Origin: Verrucomicrobiota bacterium
Lineage (GTDB): Bacteria > Verrucomicrobiota > Verrucomicrobiia > Limisphaerales > UBA1096
Reading direction: 5' to 3'
Length of the DNA: 64,000 bases
NCBI GenBank assembly: GCA_036166355.1
Contig: JAYZHR010000137.1
Location: 47-64,046, forward strand
Positions 8,942 to 19,076 of the stretch are shown here, one piece after another (position 1 is the stretch's first letter; every line of letters starts with the position of its first letter). A model generated the notes under the pieces. The model made no database searches and had not been told where the DNA came from. It saw nothing but the letters and a program-made list of their open reading frames with translations. Both the position numbers and the translations under genes were made by a program.

Positions 8942-10303
8942 TTGGCCAAACTCAAACAGATAAGATTAGATTCTCCAAGCATGATCTTAAAGTCCAAGTC
9001 ACTTTATGAAAAAGCTAAGGAATTAATGCCCGGGGGGACTCAGCTTCTTAGCAAAAGGCCCGAAATGTTTGCTCCAGGGCATTGGCCAGCGTATTACCAA
9101 AATGCCAAAGGTTGTGAGATCATCGATCAAGATGGAAACGAGCTATTGGACATGTCAATGATGGGCGTTGGAACCTGTTTATTGGGATACGGAGATCCGG
9201 ATGTTTCAAGTGCAGTAATTAATCGAATAGAATCTGGGTCAATGTGCTCACTGAATAATCCTGAAGAGGTTCAATTGGCAGAGAAATTATTGTCCATTCA
9301 TCCTTGGGCAGAACAAGTTCGGTATGCAAGAACTGGAGGTGAAGCGATGTCGATTGCTGTACGGATCGCTAGAGCTAGTGCTGGAAGGGAGATTATCGCA
9401 TTTTGTGGATATCACGGTTGGCATGATTGGTATTTATCGGCAAACCTTTCTTCGTCTAGTCCTGCAGGTCATCTGAGTGGTCATTTACTTCCAGGGCTTG
9501 ATCCGCTTGGAGTGCCGCATGGTTTAAGCGGAACTGTAATACCTTTTCGTTATAATCAGGCAGATGAACTGAAATCGATTTTAAAGAAATATTCTGGAAA
9601 AGTCGCAGCTGTTGTTATGGAGCCTACAAGACATGATGAGCCAATGCCTGATTTTCTTAAACAGGTGAGGGAACTATGCGATTTGGCTGATGCCGCTCTT
9701 ATTGTCGATGAGATTACTGCTGGTTGGAGACTTCATTATGGTGGAGTACATCTTAAATATGGGTTGGAGCCTGATATGGCTGTTTTTGGAAAGGCATTGG
9801 GTAATGGCCATCCTATTGCTGCTATTGTTGGGAAAAGAAAAGTTATGGAAGCAGCTCAATCTACTTTTATTTCCAGCACCTATTGGACAGAAGGTGTTGG
9901 GCCTGTGGCCGCGTTAGCAACTCTGAATAAATTAGAATCAATTGATGTCCCTTCTCATCTCAAGACTATTTCCAGAAAATTTAGAGACGGCTTGCAGGAA
10001 GTTTCCATTAGCCATGGTTTGAATATTCGTTTTTCTGGGCATCCGGCAATAACAGTCATCGAGTTTGAGCATCCTCAGGCGGCGGCACTGCAAACTTTGT
10101 TTACAATTCAAATGTTGCAGCATGGAATTCTAACAGGTTCTGGCTTCTATGTCTCTTGGGCTCACCGTGAAGAACACATTAATCGTTTTTTGGAGGCTGC
10201 AGACAAAATTCTACCCCAATTAGGTGATGCAATTGAATCGGGAAATATTATGGAAAGGATACCTGAGGGGGAAAAACATTCTGGTTTTTCTCGGCTAACT
10301 TAA
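8942..10303 (+). CDS. class-III (glutamate-1-semialdehyde aminomutase-like) PLP aminotransferase
   Basis: MPGGTQLLSK, ARTGGEAMSIAVRIAR, VMEP, LIVDEITAGWR and FGKALGNGHPIAA (PLP lysine). The listed start is TTG; an ATG at 8981 (MILKSKSLYEKAKELMPGG) is an alternative. Confidence 0.8.
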   Translation: MAKLKQIRLDSPSMILKSKSLYEKAKELMPGGTQLLSKRPEMFAPGHWPAYYQNAKGCEIIDQDGNELLDMSMMGVGTCLLGYGDPDVSSAVINRIESGSMCSLNNPEEVQLAEKLLSIHPWAEQVRYARTGGEAMSIAVRIARASAGREIIAFCGYHGWHDWYLSANLSSSSPAGHLSGHLLPGLDPLGVPHGLSGTVIPFRYNQADELKSILKKYSGKVAAVVMEPTRHDEPMPDFLKQVRELCDLADAALIVDEITAGWRLHYGGVHLKYGLEPDMAVFGKALGNGHPIAAIVGKRKVMEAAQSTFISSTYWTEGVGPVAALATLNKLESIDVPSHLKTISRKFRDGLQEVSISHGLNIRFSGHPAITVIEFEHPQAAALQTLFTIQMLQHGILTGSGFYVSWAHREEHINRFLEAADKILPQLGDAIESGNIMERIPEGEKHSGFSRLT

Positions 10304-10313
10304 TTTCAAAATC

Positions 10314-11876
10314 ATGGACGGCATTAACGTATATCTAGCTGTGCTTACCAATGTCGATTGGATTGTAATTGCCTTATATGCAATTGGAATGCTGCTTGTT
10401 GGAATTTATTACTCTAGAAGGAACAATAATACAGAAGATTATTTTTTAGGTGGCCGAAGAATGAAGCCGCTAATGGTTGGTTTGTCTCTATTTGCATCCT
10501 TGTTGAGTACAATATCATACTTAAGTTATACCGGCGAAATGGTTAGGTACGGCCCCATGTTCATCACTGGAGCCCTCGCGTTTCCATTCATCATTTATAT
10601 TGTTGGGCGCTTTATGATTCCTAAGTTTATGAAGCTTAGGGTTACATCTGCATACGAAATACTCGAAGATCGATTGGGGTTAAGCATCCGCTTGCTGGGA
10701 TCATTCCTCTTCATAATGATCAGGTTTTTTTGGATGGCAGTGATTATTCATACAACCACAAAAAAAATAATGGTGCCGGTTCTTGGTCTGGCAGAAGAAT
10801 GGGTAATCCCTATCTGTGTTATCATGGGTTTAGTGACTATAATTTATACTAGTCTTGGTGGGTTTCGGGCTGTTGTTTTTACGGATGTTGTTCAATCAGG
10901 AATTCTTTTTTTTGGAGGAGTATTAACTGTTGTATTAATTGCTTATGAGATGGGTGGAGTTAAGGAAATTTGGCCTCAAGAATGGCCGACACATTGGGAA
11001 AAGCCAAATTGGGGTTATGATCCGGATGCACGAATAACATTTGTGGGTATATTTTTGGCCGTTTTTTGCTGGCACTTATGTACGGCTGGATCTGATCAGG
11101 TTGTGATTCAGAGATATTTTGCAACACGAGATGTTAAGGCAGCTCGAAAAGTTCTGAGTATTAATCTCATTGCCGATTTCCTTGCGATGATTTTGATGGC
11201 TTTGGTTGGGATCGCATTGATTGCTTATTTTTCGGCTAATCCTGGAGTTTTTTTGGGGAATCAAAATGTTATTGCTGAGAACTCGAAGGAGTTAATAAAT
11301 GCCGATGATATTATAATGAAATCTTCTGACCAGCTCTTCCCTATGTACATTACCCATGGATTGCCGATGGGGATAACAGGATTAGTTATTTCCGGATTGT
11401 TAGCTGCAGCAATGTCTAGTCTCTCTTCCGGGATGAACTCGGTGTCAATAGTAGTTGTTAGTGATTTTATTTCACGATTGCGTAATTTAAAAATAGACGA
11501 CAAGAAAAAAAGTATTATGGCGCGAAGAGTGTCGGTTGTTGTTGGAGTCATTGCTGTCATATTAAGTTTTGCAGTTGGTCAGGTTGAAGGAAATCTTTTC
11601 GAGGTTGCAAATAAGGTTGTGAATCTTTTTGTTTCGCCGCTATTTGTTTTATTCTTCATGGCATTGTTTGTTAAGTGCAGCAATACCCAAGGAGTCTGGA
11701 TAGGAGTATTGGCTTCAATGATCACAGCAATTTCCATTTCGTTCTGGAAAGAAATTACCGGAAGTGAAGGTATAAGTTTCTTGTGGATTATGCCGTCAGC
11801 TTTTATTGCAGGAAGCTCAATCGGATTTATTTCTAGTCTTGCATTTAAGAAAAACCTAAATCTTAAGAGATCATGA
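10314..11876 (+). CDS. sodium:solute symporter (SSF) family transporter
   Basis: 520 aa with about 13 TM segments. It has YFLGGRRM near the N-terminus, a GGFRAVVFTDVVQ motif and the typical SSF topology. Confidence 0.85.
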   Translation: MDGINVYLAVLTNVDWIVIALYAIGMLLVGIYYSRRNNNTEDYFLGGRRMKPLMVGLSLFASLLSTISYLSYTGEMVRYGPMFITGALAFPFIIYIVGRFMIPKFMKLRVTSAYEILEDRLGLSIRLLGSFLFIMIRFFWMAVIIHTTTKKIMVPVLGLAEEWVIPICVIMGLVTIIYTSLGGFRAVVFTDVVQSGILFFGGVLTVVLIAYEMGGVKEIWPQEWPTHWEKPNWGYDPDARITFVGIFLAVFCWHLCTAGSDQVVIQRYFATRDVKAARKVLSINLIADFLAMILMALVGIALIAYFSANPGVFLGNQNVIAENSKELINADDIIMKSSDQLFPMYITHGLPMGITGLVISGLLAAAMSSLSSGMNSVSIVVVSDFISRLRNLKIDDKKKSIMARRVSVVVGVIAVILSFAVGQVEGNLFEVANKVVNLFVSPLFVLFFMALFVKCSNTQGVWIGVLASMITAISISFWKEITGSEGISFLWIMPSAFIAGSSIGFISSLAFKKNLNLKRS

Positions 11877-12658
11877 AAGAAGCATGCCTCAACAATTTGT
11901 CCCAACAAAAGAATGATTTTTTGAGGGATGGTTTTGTTTTGGTTCGAGAATTCTTGTCAGATAGTCAGTTATCTGAAATCAAATCTGAGACTGAAAGATA
12001 CAAGAAAAATGTTGTTCCAAGACTTGCTGAAAAAGAAGCGTTTTATGAGGGGGATCGGAGGATTGAAAATTTAAAGCAACTTCAGAGGCTGGAACAGCAT
12101 GATGACTGGTTTATGAATTTTGCCACCCAGTCAAAATGGGTAAATTTTGCAGAAAATTTACTCTCAAATAAGGTCGTACTTAATGGAGTTGAGTGGTTTA
12201 ACAAGCCGCCTAAAAGCGGCAAGGCGACTCCTCCTCATCAGGATGGATATTATTTCTGTCTTAAGCCAGATGAAGCCGTGACCTTATGGATTGCTGTTGA
12301 TCGGGTTGACGAAACAAACGGCTGCTTGCGCTATTCAAAAAAAAGTCATCTCAAAGGAATTCGCCGTCATGGTCAGAGCAGTATTTTGGGGTTCTCACAA
12401 TCCATACTAGATTTTGGGGATCAAGATCTGGCTAATGAAGAGATTGCTCGATTAGAGCCTGGGGATATGGTTGCTCATCATTCGAGGACAATCCACTGGG
12501 CGGATAACAATCAAAGTTCTCGTTCGAGAGAGAGTATCGCGTTAGTTTTCTTTTCAAAATGTGCTCAAAGAGACCCAGAAGCTTATGCACGATACCAGCG
12601 CTCCTTTGAACTGCAGCAGAGGCAAATATCAAAAAATAATATTAGTCTCGACGACTGA
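11873..12658 (+). CDS. phytanoyl-CoA dioxygenase (PhyH) family Fe(II)/2-oxoglutarate oxygenase
   Basis: DGFVLVREFLS, the PPHQDGYYF (HxD) facial triad, the WIAVD..DETNGCL segment and a distal H (AHHSRTIH). The start forms an ATGA overlap with the transporter stop. Confidence 0.8.
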   Translation: MKEACLNNLSQQKNDFLRDGFVLVREFLSDSQLSEIKSETERYKKNVVPRLAEKEAFYEGDRRIENLKQLQRLEQHDDWFMNFATQSKWVNFAENLLSNKVVLNGVEWFNKPPKSGKATPPHQDGYYFCLKPDEAVTLWIAVDRVDETNGCLRYSKKSHLKGIRRHGQSSILGFSQSILDFGDQDLANEEIARLEPGDMVAHHSRTIHWADNNQSSRSRESIALVFFSKCAQRDPEAYARYQRSFELQQRQISKNNISLDD

Positions 12659-12701
12659 AAAGTTAAATTGAACAATACCTTTTGTCTTCCTGAACTTATC
12701 T

Positions 12702-14213
12702 ATGAAAATAATTAATTTATTATCGTTTTTGCTAATATTTAAATTCTGCACAGCTGTTTCCGCTGAGGAAAATTTAGAGGTGTTGGATATTGGAGATCGA
12801 AGAGAGCTTTTTGTTGATAATTATATACTGGAAAAACTGGAAGGAAATGCGACTCAAACACTTCACCATCCCGTCCCTAGAGAAATTGTTTTTACCAGTG
12901 ATAAACCGTGGGAGGGAAATGGTCTTAATTATGTTACTGTTTTAAAAGACGGTGATAATTACAAGATGTATTACCGAGGAGGAGATTATGATCGAGGAGT
13001 TAAATCTTTGCATGAGCAGGTTTATTGTCTTGCCATCAGCAAAGATGGAATCAAATGGACTAGGCCTAAGCTGGGATTAGTGGAATTTGAAGGCTCAAAA
13101 GATAACAATATAATCCTGACAGAGAAAGATCCTGTTCTTGGTTATATATGCCATAATTTCAGTCCTTTCCTGGATGCAAATCCTAAAGCATCAGCCGAGG
13201 CGAGATACAAGGCAGTAGGTGGTGGTCCTTTGTTTCCTTTGGTTTCGGCTGACGGTATCCAGTGGAAAAAGGCAACAGAGAAACCAATAATTACTAAGGG
13301 AGCTTTTGATTCACAAAATCTAGCCTTTTGGGATTCAGTGCGTTCTGAGTATCGGGCTTATCATCGCGAGTTTAGGAATGGTAGAGACATCATGACAGAA
13401 ACCTCTGATTCATTTACATCCAGTTGGACTAAGCCCGTTTTTCTTGAATACACTCCAGATAGAGGCGGTGAACTTTATACGAATCAGATTATGCCTTATG
13501 AAAGGGCTCCACATATTTTTATTGGATTTCCGACACGTTATGAAGATAGGGGATTAACTCCATCAACACGCCATTTGCCCCAATGGAAATACCGGCAGAA
13601 GAGAAGTGCTCTTTCCTTGCGGGAGGGAACCGCCGTCACAGAAGGACTTTTTATGAGCAGTAGGGACGGGCTTAATTTTCATGTATTTCAGGAGGCATTT
13701 ATTCGACCAGGACTAAGAACTAAAGATAGTTGGTTTTATGGTGACAATTATCAAAACAATGGTTTAGTCGAAACAAAATCTTCACTTTCCGAGGATGCTC
13801 CATCAGAGCTTTCAATGTATTTAACCGAGGCAACATTACAAAATGGTAAGCCGGCGAAGCTTCGAAGATACTCGATAAGAATGGATGGTTTTGCCTCTAT
13901 CAGTGCTCCGATGAAAGGAGGGAAGATAATTACTAAGTTGCTAAAATTCTCTGGGAATAAATTATCCATCAATTATTCAAGTTCAGCTAGAGGTGGTATT
14001 CGTGTCGGTATTCTTAACCAAGAAGGAAAGTCAATTTCGGGATACAATTTAAAAGATTGCCCTTGGATTTACGGTGATTCGTTGGACAGGATTGTTGAGT
14101 GGAATCGATCTGGTGAAGTAACAAACAAAGTAAGCCCAATTACGGATCAAGAAATAAAACTGGTCTTTGAATTGAAAGATGCCGATTTATTTTCATTTAA
14201 ATTCGAGAAATAA
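12702..14213 (+). CDS. secreted protein of unknown function (tentatively beta-propeller glycoside-hydrolase-like with a C-terminal beta-sandwich)
   Basis: Signal peptide [23 protein letters not shown]. The segment [14 protein letters not shown]...HHP...[27 protein letters not shown] and repeated DG..W blades resemble GH43/GH32-clan propellers. No catalytic motif can be assigned by eye. Confidence 0.45.
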   Translation: MKIINLLSFLLIFKFCTAVSAEENLEVLDIGDRRELFVDNYILEKLEGNATQTLHHPVPREIVFTSDKPWEGNGLNYVTVLKDGDNYKMYYRGGDYDRGVKSLHEQVYCLAISKDGIKWTRPKLGLVEFEGSKDNNIILTEKDPVLGYICHNFSPFLDANPKASAEARYKAVGGGPLFPLVSADGIQWKKATEKPIITKGAFDSQNLAFWDSVRSEYRAYHREFRNGRDIMTETSDSFTSSWTKPVFLEYTPDRGGELYTNQIMPYERAPHIFIGFPTRYEDRGLTPSTRHLPQWKYRQKRSALSLREGTAVTEGLFMSSRDGLNFHVFQEAFIRPGLRTKDSWFYGDNYQNNGLVETKSSLSEDAPSELSMYLTEATLQNGKPAKLRRYSIRMDGFASISAPMKGGKIITKLLKFSGNKLSINYSSSARGGIRVGILNQEGKSISGYNLKDCPWIYGDSLDRIVEWNRSGEVTNKVSPITDQEIKLVFELKDADLFSFKFEK

Positions 14214-14916
14214 AACCGAAAATATCAATCGAGGATTCACTCTAATTGAATTATTGGTGGTGATTGCAATTATTGCGATTCTGGCTTCGTTGTTACTCCC
14301 ATCCCTTACACAAGCAAAAGAAAGAGCTTTGCGAAGCAAATGTTTGAGTAACATAAGGCAGCAGGCAATTGCCTTGACTGTTTATGCAAATGATTTCGAT
14401 GATTTACTCCCCATTCGATCAACTTTTAGTTATTCGTTATCTCCCGATAACAAATTGCCCAGAAATGAGGCTCAGGCAATTGAATACCTCACAGGTTTAG
14501 GAAAGTTATATCCATCATATATCCCTAGTCCTCAGGTTTTTTATTGCCCATCACTTAAAACAAAAGAGAGCATCAATGTGCAATTCGATGGGCCTTATGG
14601 ATGGCAGAAAAATTTTCCATTGCATACAACTGGTGGCAACAATGGGATAAACTGTAGCTACATATACTTATTTGACAGCACATTTCAGAAATCCGTTCGT
14701 TTAACCGAGATTAGTACAGAGGCATTGAGTTCGGATTTTTTTCCTCTTGGATTTGGGGATATTTGTCATCTCACTGGTTATAATATAGCATATGGAGATG
14801 GTCATGGAGCTTGGTTTCCAGACAAGGACAGACAAATAGCTCGAAGTACTGGCAGTGTTGGTTCCAATGATCAAATTAACCGTTTGTGGTGGCAGCGTTT
14901 TTCAGAAGTGCCATAA
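14179..14916 (+). CDS. prepilin-type N-terminal cleavage/methylation domain protein with C-terminal HX9DG motif (DUF1559-like)
   Basis: G|[24 protein letters not shown] class III signal, and C-terminal [14 protein letters not shown] (H-x9-DG). The only available start codon gives a 35-nt overlap with the upstream gene. Confidence 0.85.
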   Translation: MPIYFHLNSRNKTENINRGFTLIELLVVIAIIAILASLLLPSLTQAKERALRSKCLSNIRQQAIALTVYANDFDDLLPIRSTFSYSLSPDNKLPRNEAQAIEYLTGLGKLYPSYIPSPQVFYCPSLKTKESINVQFDGPYGWQKNFPLHTTGGNNGINCSYIYLFDSTFQKSVRLTEISTEALSSDFFPLGFGDICHLTGYNIAYGDGHGAWFPDKDRQIARSTGSVGSNDQINRLWWQRFSEVP

Positions 14917-14944
14917 TCAAAAATAGTATTTAGAGTTGCCTTAG

Positions 14945-15814
14945 ATGAAACTAATCAAGTCCTTCCTGCTCTTATCTAAATTTATTCTTTGTGTCCAATT
15001 AATGACCCTGAACTCTGTGGCAGAAGTCGAACGCTCATCATTAGATGATAATCCTAAAGTAAAGCTGAAGGGTCAATCGCGACAATCGAAAGATAAGATT
15101 TCGAATAATTGGATCGATTTATATAAACCTTATTCAGAGGGGCCAATGTTATATCGCCTCCTTAAGCCCATGGGGTTTGATCAGAAAAAGAAGTACCCTG
15201 TCATAGTTTCATTACACGGTGCTGGGGGAAAAGGTATGGACAATCGTAAGCAACTGAAAGGCTGGAACAAGATTCTGGCAGGGAAACAAATTAGGTCTAA
15301 ATATGCTAGTTATGTATTGGCACCTCAAGCCAATCGTATGTGGAATGCTATAGATCTAAAAAATATAAAGAACGTTATAATGGAATTGCCATCAGTCGAT
15401 ATGGATAGAATATACATCCTTGGGCATTCTATGGGCGGGCATGGGACCTATATTATCATTCAAATCGATCCTGATTATTTTGCTGCTGCTGCCCCTTCGG
15501 CTGGAGCAGGTCGACCAAGGACTGAGGCTTTCATTGATGTATCCTTAATTAAGGATTTACCTATATGGGCTTTTCATGGTGACAAGGACCGGGTTTGTCC
15601 AATTGATCGGGCACAAAAGGTTTTTGATGATATGAAAAAATTAAAAGGCAATATGAAGTTTACCATCTGGAATGGTGATAAGCATGCAATTGCCGAAAAA
15701 ATGTTTACCGGTGGTGAAAATGGTAAGACTTATATAAGTAGTGATCGCTGTAATAAAGAGGCAGATTTTATGAAGTGGTTGTTTGCTCAAAAGCGATCAA
15801 CAAGCAGCCGATAA
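14945..15814 (+). CDS. secreted alpha/beta hydrolase (carboxylesterase/phospholipase or S9-like)
   Basis: Signal peptide, oxyanion region VSLHGAGGKG, nucleophile elbow GHSMGG, and a late FHGDKDRVCP plus H (GDKHAI), consistent with a Ser-Asp-His triad. Confidence 0.7.
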   Translation: MKLIKSFLLLSKFILCVQLMTLNSVAEVERSSLDDNPKVKLKGQSRQSKDKISNNWIDLYKPYSEGPMLYRLLKPMGFDQKKKYPVIVSLHGAGGKGMDNRKQLKGWNKILAGKQIRSKYASYVLAPQANRMWNAIDLKNIKNVIMELPSVDMDRIYILGHSMGGHGTYIIIQIDPDYFAAAAPSAGAGRPRTEAFIDVSLIKDLPIWAFHGDKDRVCPIDRAQKVFDDMKKLKGNMKFTIWNGDKHAIAEKMFTGGENGKTYISSDRCNKEADFMKWLFAQKRSTSSR

Positions 15815-15847
15815 ACAGAGATATATAAACTATATAAAAACATTTTA

Positions 15848-18800
15848 TTGTTTAAGTTGAAGAAGAACTATCATCTTGAAAAAGTCTGGCCTCCTTTATG
15901 GATGTCAAAGTTTTTTATTTTCTGCCTTTGCTCTTTTTCAATTATAGGATCTTGTGTTTTGGCTGATCAGGTTTTTTCGCCACCTAGCATCAAAGTTGCA
16001 TCAGGTTTTGAAGTTCGTCTTGCTGCATCTGACCCAATAGTAAAATATCCAATGATGGCATGTTTTGATGATTTTGGTCATCTTTATGTGGCCGAAAGTG
16101 ATGGTCGCAATCTCACCACAAGGGCAGCCATAGAGCGCGAGTTGCCTCGTTTTGTGAGGCGATTGGTTGATGTCGATGGAGATGGAGTTTTTGACAAGAG
16201 TACCATTTTTGCCGATCGCATGACGATGCCTGAAGGGGGGGTTTGGTATAATGGAGCGCTTTATATTATCTCTGCTCCATATTTGTGGAGGCTAGAGGAT
16301 ATAGATGGAGATGGAGTTGCCGATAAGCGTGATAAGATTCTTGGTACTATGGAATTTGATGGGAGGGCGAATCAGCATGGCCCTTATCTTGGGCCAAATG
16401 GGAGAATGTATTTTTCGGGAGGCCATTTTGGTTATGATCTAATAGGGACAGATGGGACTCGTTCCGGTTTTAGTCGTGCTGCTGGTATTTTTTCTTGTTG
16501 GCCGGACGGAACTGATGTGCAAGTTGAAGGTCAGGGAGGAGTGAATCCTGTGGATATAGTGTTTACTTCTAACGGCGATATGCTTTCGACATGTGCGATT
16601 TTTGACAGTTTTGGTGGAAAGCGTCATGACGCCTTAATTCACTGGATGCCTGGTGGATTAACTCAGAGGGTTTATGGTAGCCCATTGTTGCCAGAGACAG
16701 GTTTTCGTCTTCCTGCGACAAGTCGCTGGGGGCAGGTGGCTCCAGCTGGTTTAATACGCTATCGTGGGAAAATCTTTGGAGAAGCTTATCAGGATACTTT
16801 ATTTGCATGCCATTTTAATACTCGCAAGGTTGTAAATGTGCGATTGGAGTCGAATAATGGATCTTTTGTAACGGTAGAAAAAGATTTCTTGTCATCGGAT
16901 AATATTGGCTTTCACCCAGCAGATATATTGGAAGACGCAGATGGCTCTCTTTTATTGCTAGATACGGGGGGCTGGCTGAGTTGGGGTTGTCCGTTTTCAA
17001 AGAAGGCCAGACCTGAAATTAAAGGTGCTATTTATCGTATTCAGAGGAAAGGAGTCTTAGGTCAGCAAGATCCCAGAGGTTTAAGAGTTTTGTGGGATTC
17101 AATAAATTCAAAGGACTTGGTTTATTTGCTGAATGACCCAAGGCCGGCAGTGAGGGATAAGGCTATTGAAGTCATTATTACGCGGGATGAGACTATTCTA
17201 GATGTGCTGTCGAGTTTGATTATTGATTCGGATGATCCGGTCTTTAGGAAGCGTTGCCTTTGGGCGGTTTCAAGATTTAAGAGTGAACGTAGTCTGGTCA
17301 TTCTTCGAAAAGCTTTGAACGATCCAGATTCGGGGGTTCGCCCGGTAGCAGCTAGGTCTTTGGGTCGATTAAAGGACTTGAAAGCGCTGTTGCCTTTATC
17401 TGAACTTTTATCTGATTCTAGTCCGTCTGTTCGGGCAGCATCGGCGACGGCAATCGGGCAATTAGGAGACAAAAATGCTTTGTCATTTTTGTTTAACAAT
17501 TTGAATCCAAATGATCCTATTCATACAAAGCATGCTTTTGTTTATGCTATTGCACGAATTGGTGATTCGACTGCAGTATCTTCATATTTATCCGATAACA
17601 TATCTTCGTTCCGTCAGCAAATTGCTCTTAGGGTTCTTGCCTCTATTGGAGGAGACTTAGATTCAAGAAGAGTTATTCCGTTGTTGCGTTCACCTGACAG
17701 TAATGTTTGTCAGGAAGCACGCCGATTGATTTCCAGTCGTAAGGAAATGAAAGGAGAAATCATTAACATATTTCATGATATTATTAAGGAAGAAAAAATT
17801 AGAACTCCAGATGATGAACTTATTGAGGGAATTATTCTTGCCTTTGCGCAAGATAATCGTTTTCAGGAGATTTTGTTAGATGCTTTAAGTTCTAAAGTAA
17901 TAAAGCCCAAGATAAAGGTTCAAATTTTAGCTTCTCTTAGTTTTCTTGATACTTTACCCGACTCACTTCAATCATCTATTATTATCGGATTAAATCATCT
18001 TGAGGCAGATGTTAGAATGGAATCTCTTAATATTGCCCAGCGATTTGATGTTAAAGAAAATGTTTTGGATGCTATATTGATTCTCACACAAAATTCAAAT
18101 AATTCGCAGGTTGAGCGTACTAGTGCGATTCAAGTACTTGCCAAACATCAAGGTTATCTTAGGAGCGAATCATTTTCTTTTTTGGTAAGTCTCCTCGGAG
18201 ATAAGCAAACACAAATGATCACCGGCCGTCAGGCTGCCAAAGCTTTGGGTTTACTACGTATACATTTGCTTAATGAGCGTCAATTGGACGCATTATTTCA
18301 AATAATTTCCGAGGCTAATTCCTTCTATCTGCCGGCCTTAACAAGACAATTCACACAGGGGCGTGAGATGAATGAATCCAATGATGCTTTTATTAATGAT
18401 CAGAATTGGAATCTTTTAGGGAATAAGCTCTCTGTTGTGCTAAATAAAAGCCCAGGGTTTTCAACGCTTGGAGCGGGTCAACGTCAAAAAATATTGCAGG
18501 CTTTTTCCAATCTTAATGGGAATAAGGTTCATAAGACATTATCAGATGTAATGAAAAATAATTTTCATGGTCAAAAGAAACAAGAAACTGAAATTGATCC
18601 ATTAGTTAGGATGCTTAATTTAGGAAATGCTTCAAGAGGTCGAGTGTTGTTCTATGAAGAAAGGGTTTCTTGCGGTGTATGTCATCGGATTGGAGATCGG
18701 GGGGGTAAGCTAGGTCCCAATTTGAGTAAGATAGGAGGGATTCGACAACCCCGTGATTTATTGGAGGCAATTCTTTATCCAAGCTCGACGATCGTCAATG

Positions 18801-19039
18801 GCTATGAGTACTACGTTGTTGAGTCGACAGACGGCAAGTCATCTGGAGGTATTATCCACCGGGAAAATAGCTCTGCTATCTACTTGAAAAATGCTGATGT
18901 CCAAGATGTGAGAGTTCCGCGAGATAAGATTCATAGTATCAAGAATATGCCGGTATCAATAATGCCAACCGGTTTTGGACAAATTTTATCCAAGCAAGAA
19001 TTATTGGATTTGGTTGCGTTTCTACAGGTTTGCAGATGA
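15848..19039 (+). CDS. PVC-type heme-binding CxxCH protein: N-terminal membrane-bound-dehydrogenase-like beta-propeller, HEAT repeats, C-terminal cytochrome c domain
   Basis: FEVRLAASDPIVKYPMMACFDDFGHLYVAES and VDVDGDGVFDK/DIDGDGVADK propeller motifs. Central HEAT-like repeats are present (DPRPAVRDKAIE, DPDSGVRPVAARSLG, DSSPSVRAASATAIG). The C-terminal region carries CGVCH and a later M-P (SIMPTG). The likely true start is ATG 15902 (MSKFFIFCLCSFSIIGSCVLA signal peptide). Confidence 0.85.
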   Translation: MFKLKKNYHLEKVWPPLWMSKFFIFCLCSFSIIGSCVLADQVFSPPSIKVASGFEVRLAASDPIVKYPMMACFDDFGHLYVAESDGRNLTTRAAIERELPRFVRRLVDVDGDGVFDKSTIFADRMTMPEGGVWYNGALYIISAPYLWRLEDIDGDGVADKRDKILGTMEFDGRANQHGPYLGPNGRMYFSGGHFGYDLIGTDGTRSGFSRAAGIFSCWPDGTDVQVEGQGGVNPVDIVFTSNGDMLSTCAIFDSFGGKRHDALIHWMPGGLTQRVYGSPLLPETGFRLPATSRWGQVAPAGLIRYRGKIFGEAYQDTLFACHFNTRKVVNVRLESNNGSFVTVEKDFLSSDNIGFHPADILEDADGSLLLLDTGGWLSWGCPFSKKARPEIKGAIYRIQRKGVLGQQDPRGLRVLWDSINSKDLVYLLNDPRPAVRDKAIEVIITRDETILDVLSSLIIDSDDPVFRKRCLWAVSRFKSERSLVILRKALNDPDSGVRPVAARSLGRLKDLKALLPLSELLSDSSPSVRAASATAIGQLGDKNALSFLFNNLNPNDPIHTKHAFVYAIARIGDSTAVSSYLSDNISSFRQQIALRVLASIGGDLDSRRVIPLLRSPDSNVCQEARRLISSRKEMKGEIINIFHDIIKEEKIRTPDDELIEGIILAFAQDNRFQEILLDALSSKVIKPKIKVQILASLSFLDTLPDSLQSSIIIGLNHLEADVRMESLNIAQRFDVKENVLDAILILTQNSNNSQVERTSAIQVLAKHQGYLRSESFSFLVSLLGDKQTQMITGRQAAKALGLLRIHLLNERQLDALFQIISEANSFYLPALTRQFTQGREMNESNDAFINDQNWNLLGNKLSVVLNKSPGFSTLGAGQRQKILQAFSNLNGNKVHKTLSDVMKNNFHGQKKQETEIDPLVRMLNLGNASRGRVLFYEERVSCGVCHRIGDRGGKLGPNLSKIGGIRQPRDLLEAILYPSSTIVNGYEYYVVESTDGKSSGGIIHRENSSAIYLKNADVQDVRVPRDKIHSIKNMPVSIMPTGFGQILSKQELLDLVAFLQVCR

Positions 19040-19076
19040 AAAATAAAAAAGATTTTTAAAAGTACTTTTATTAATA

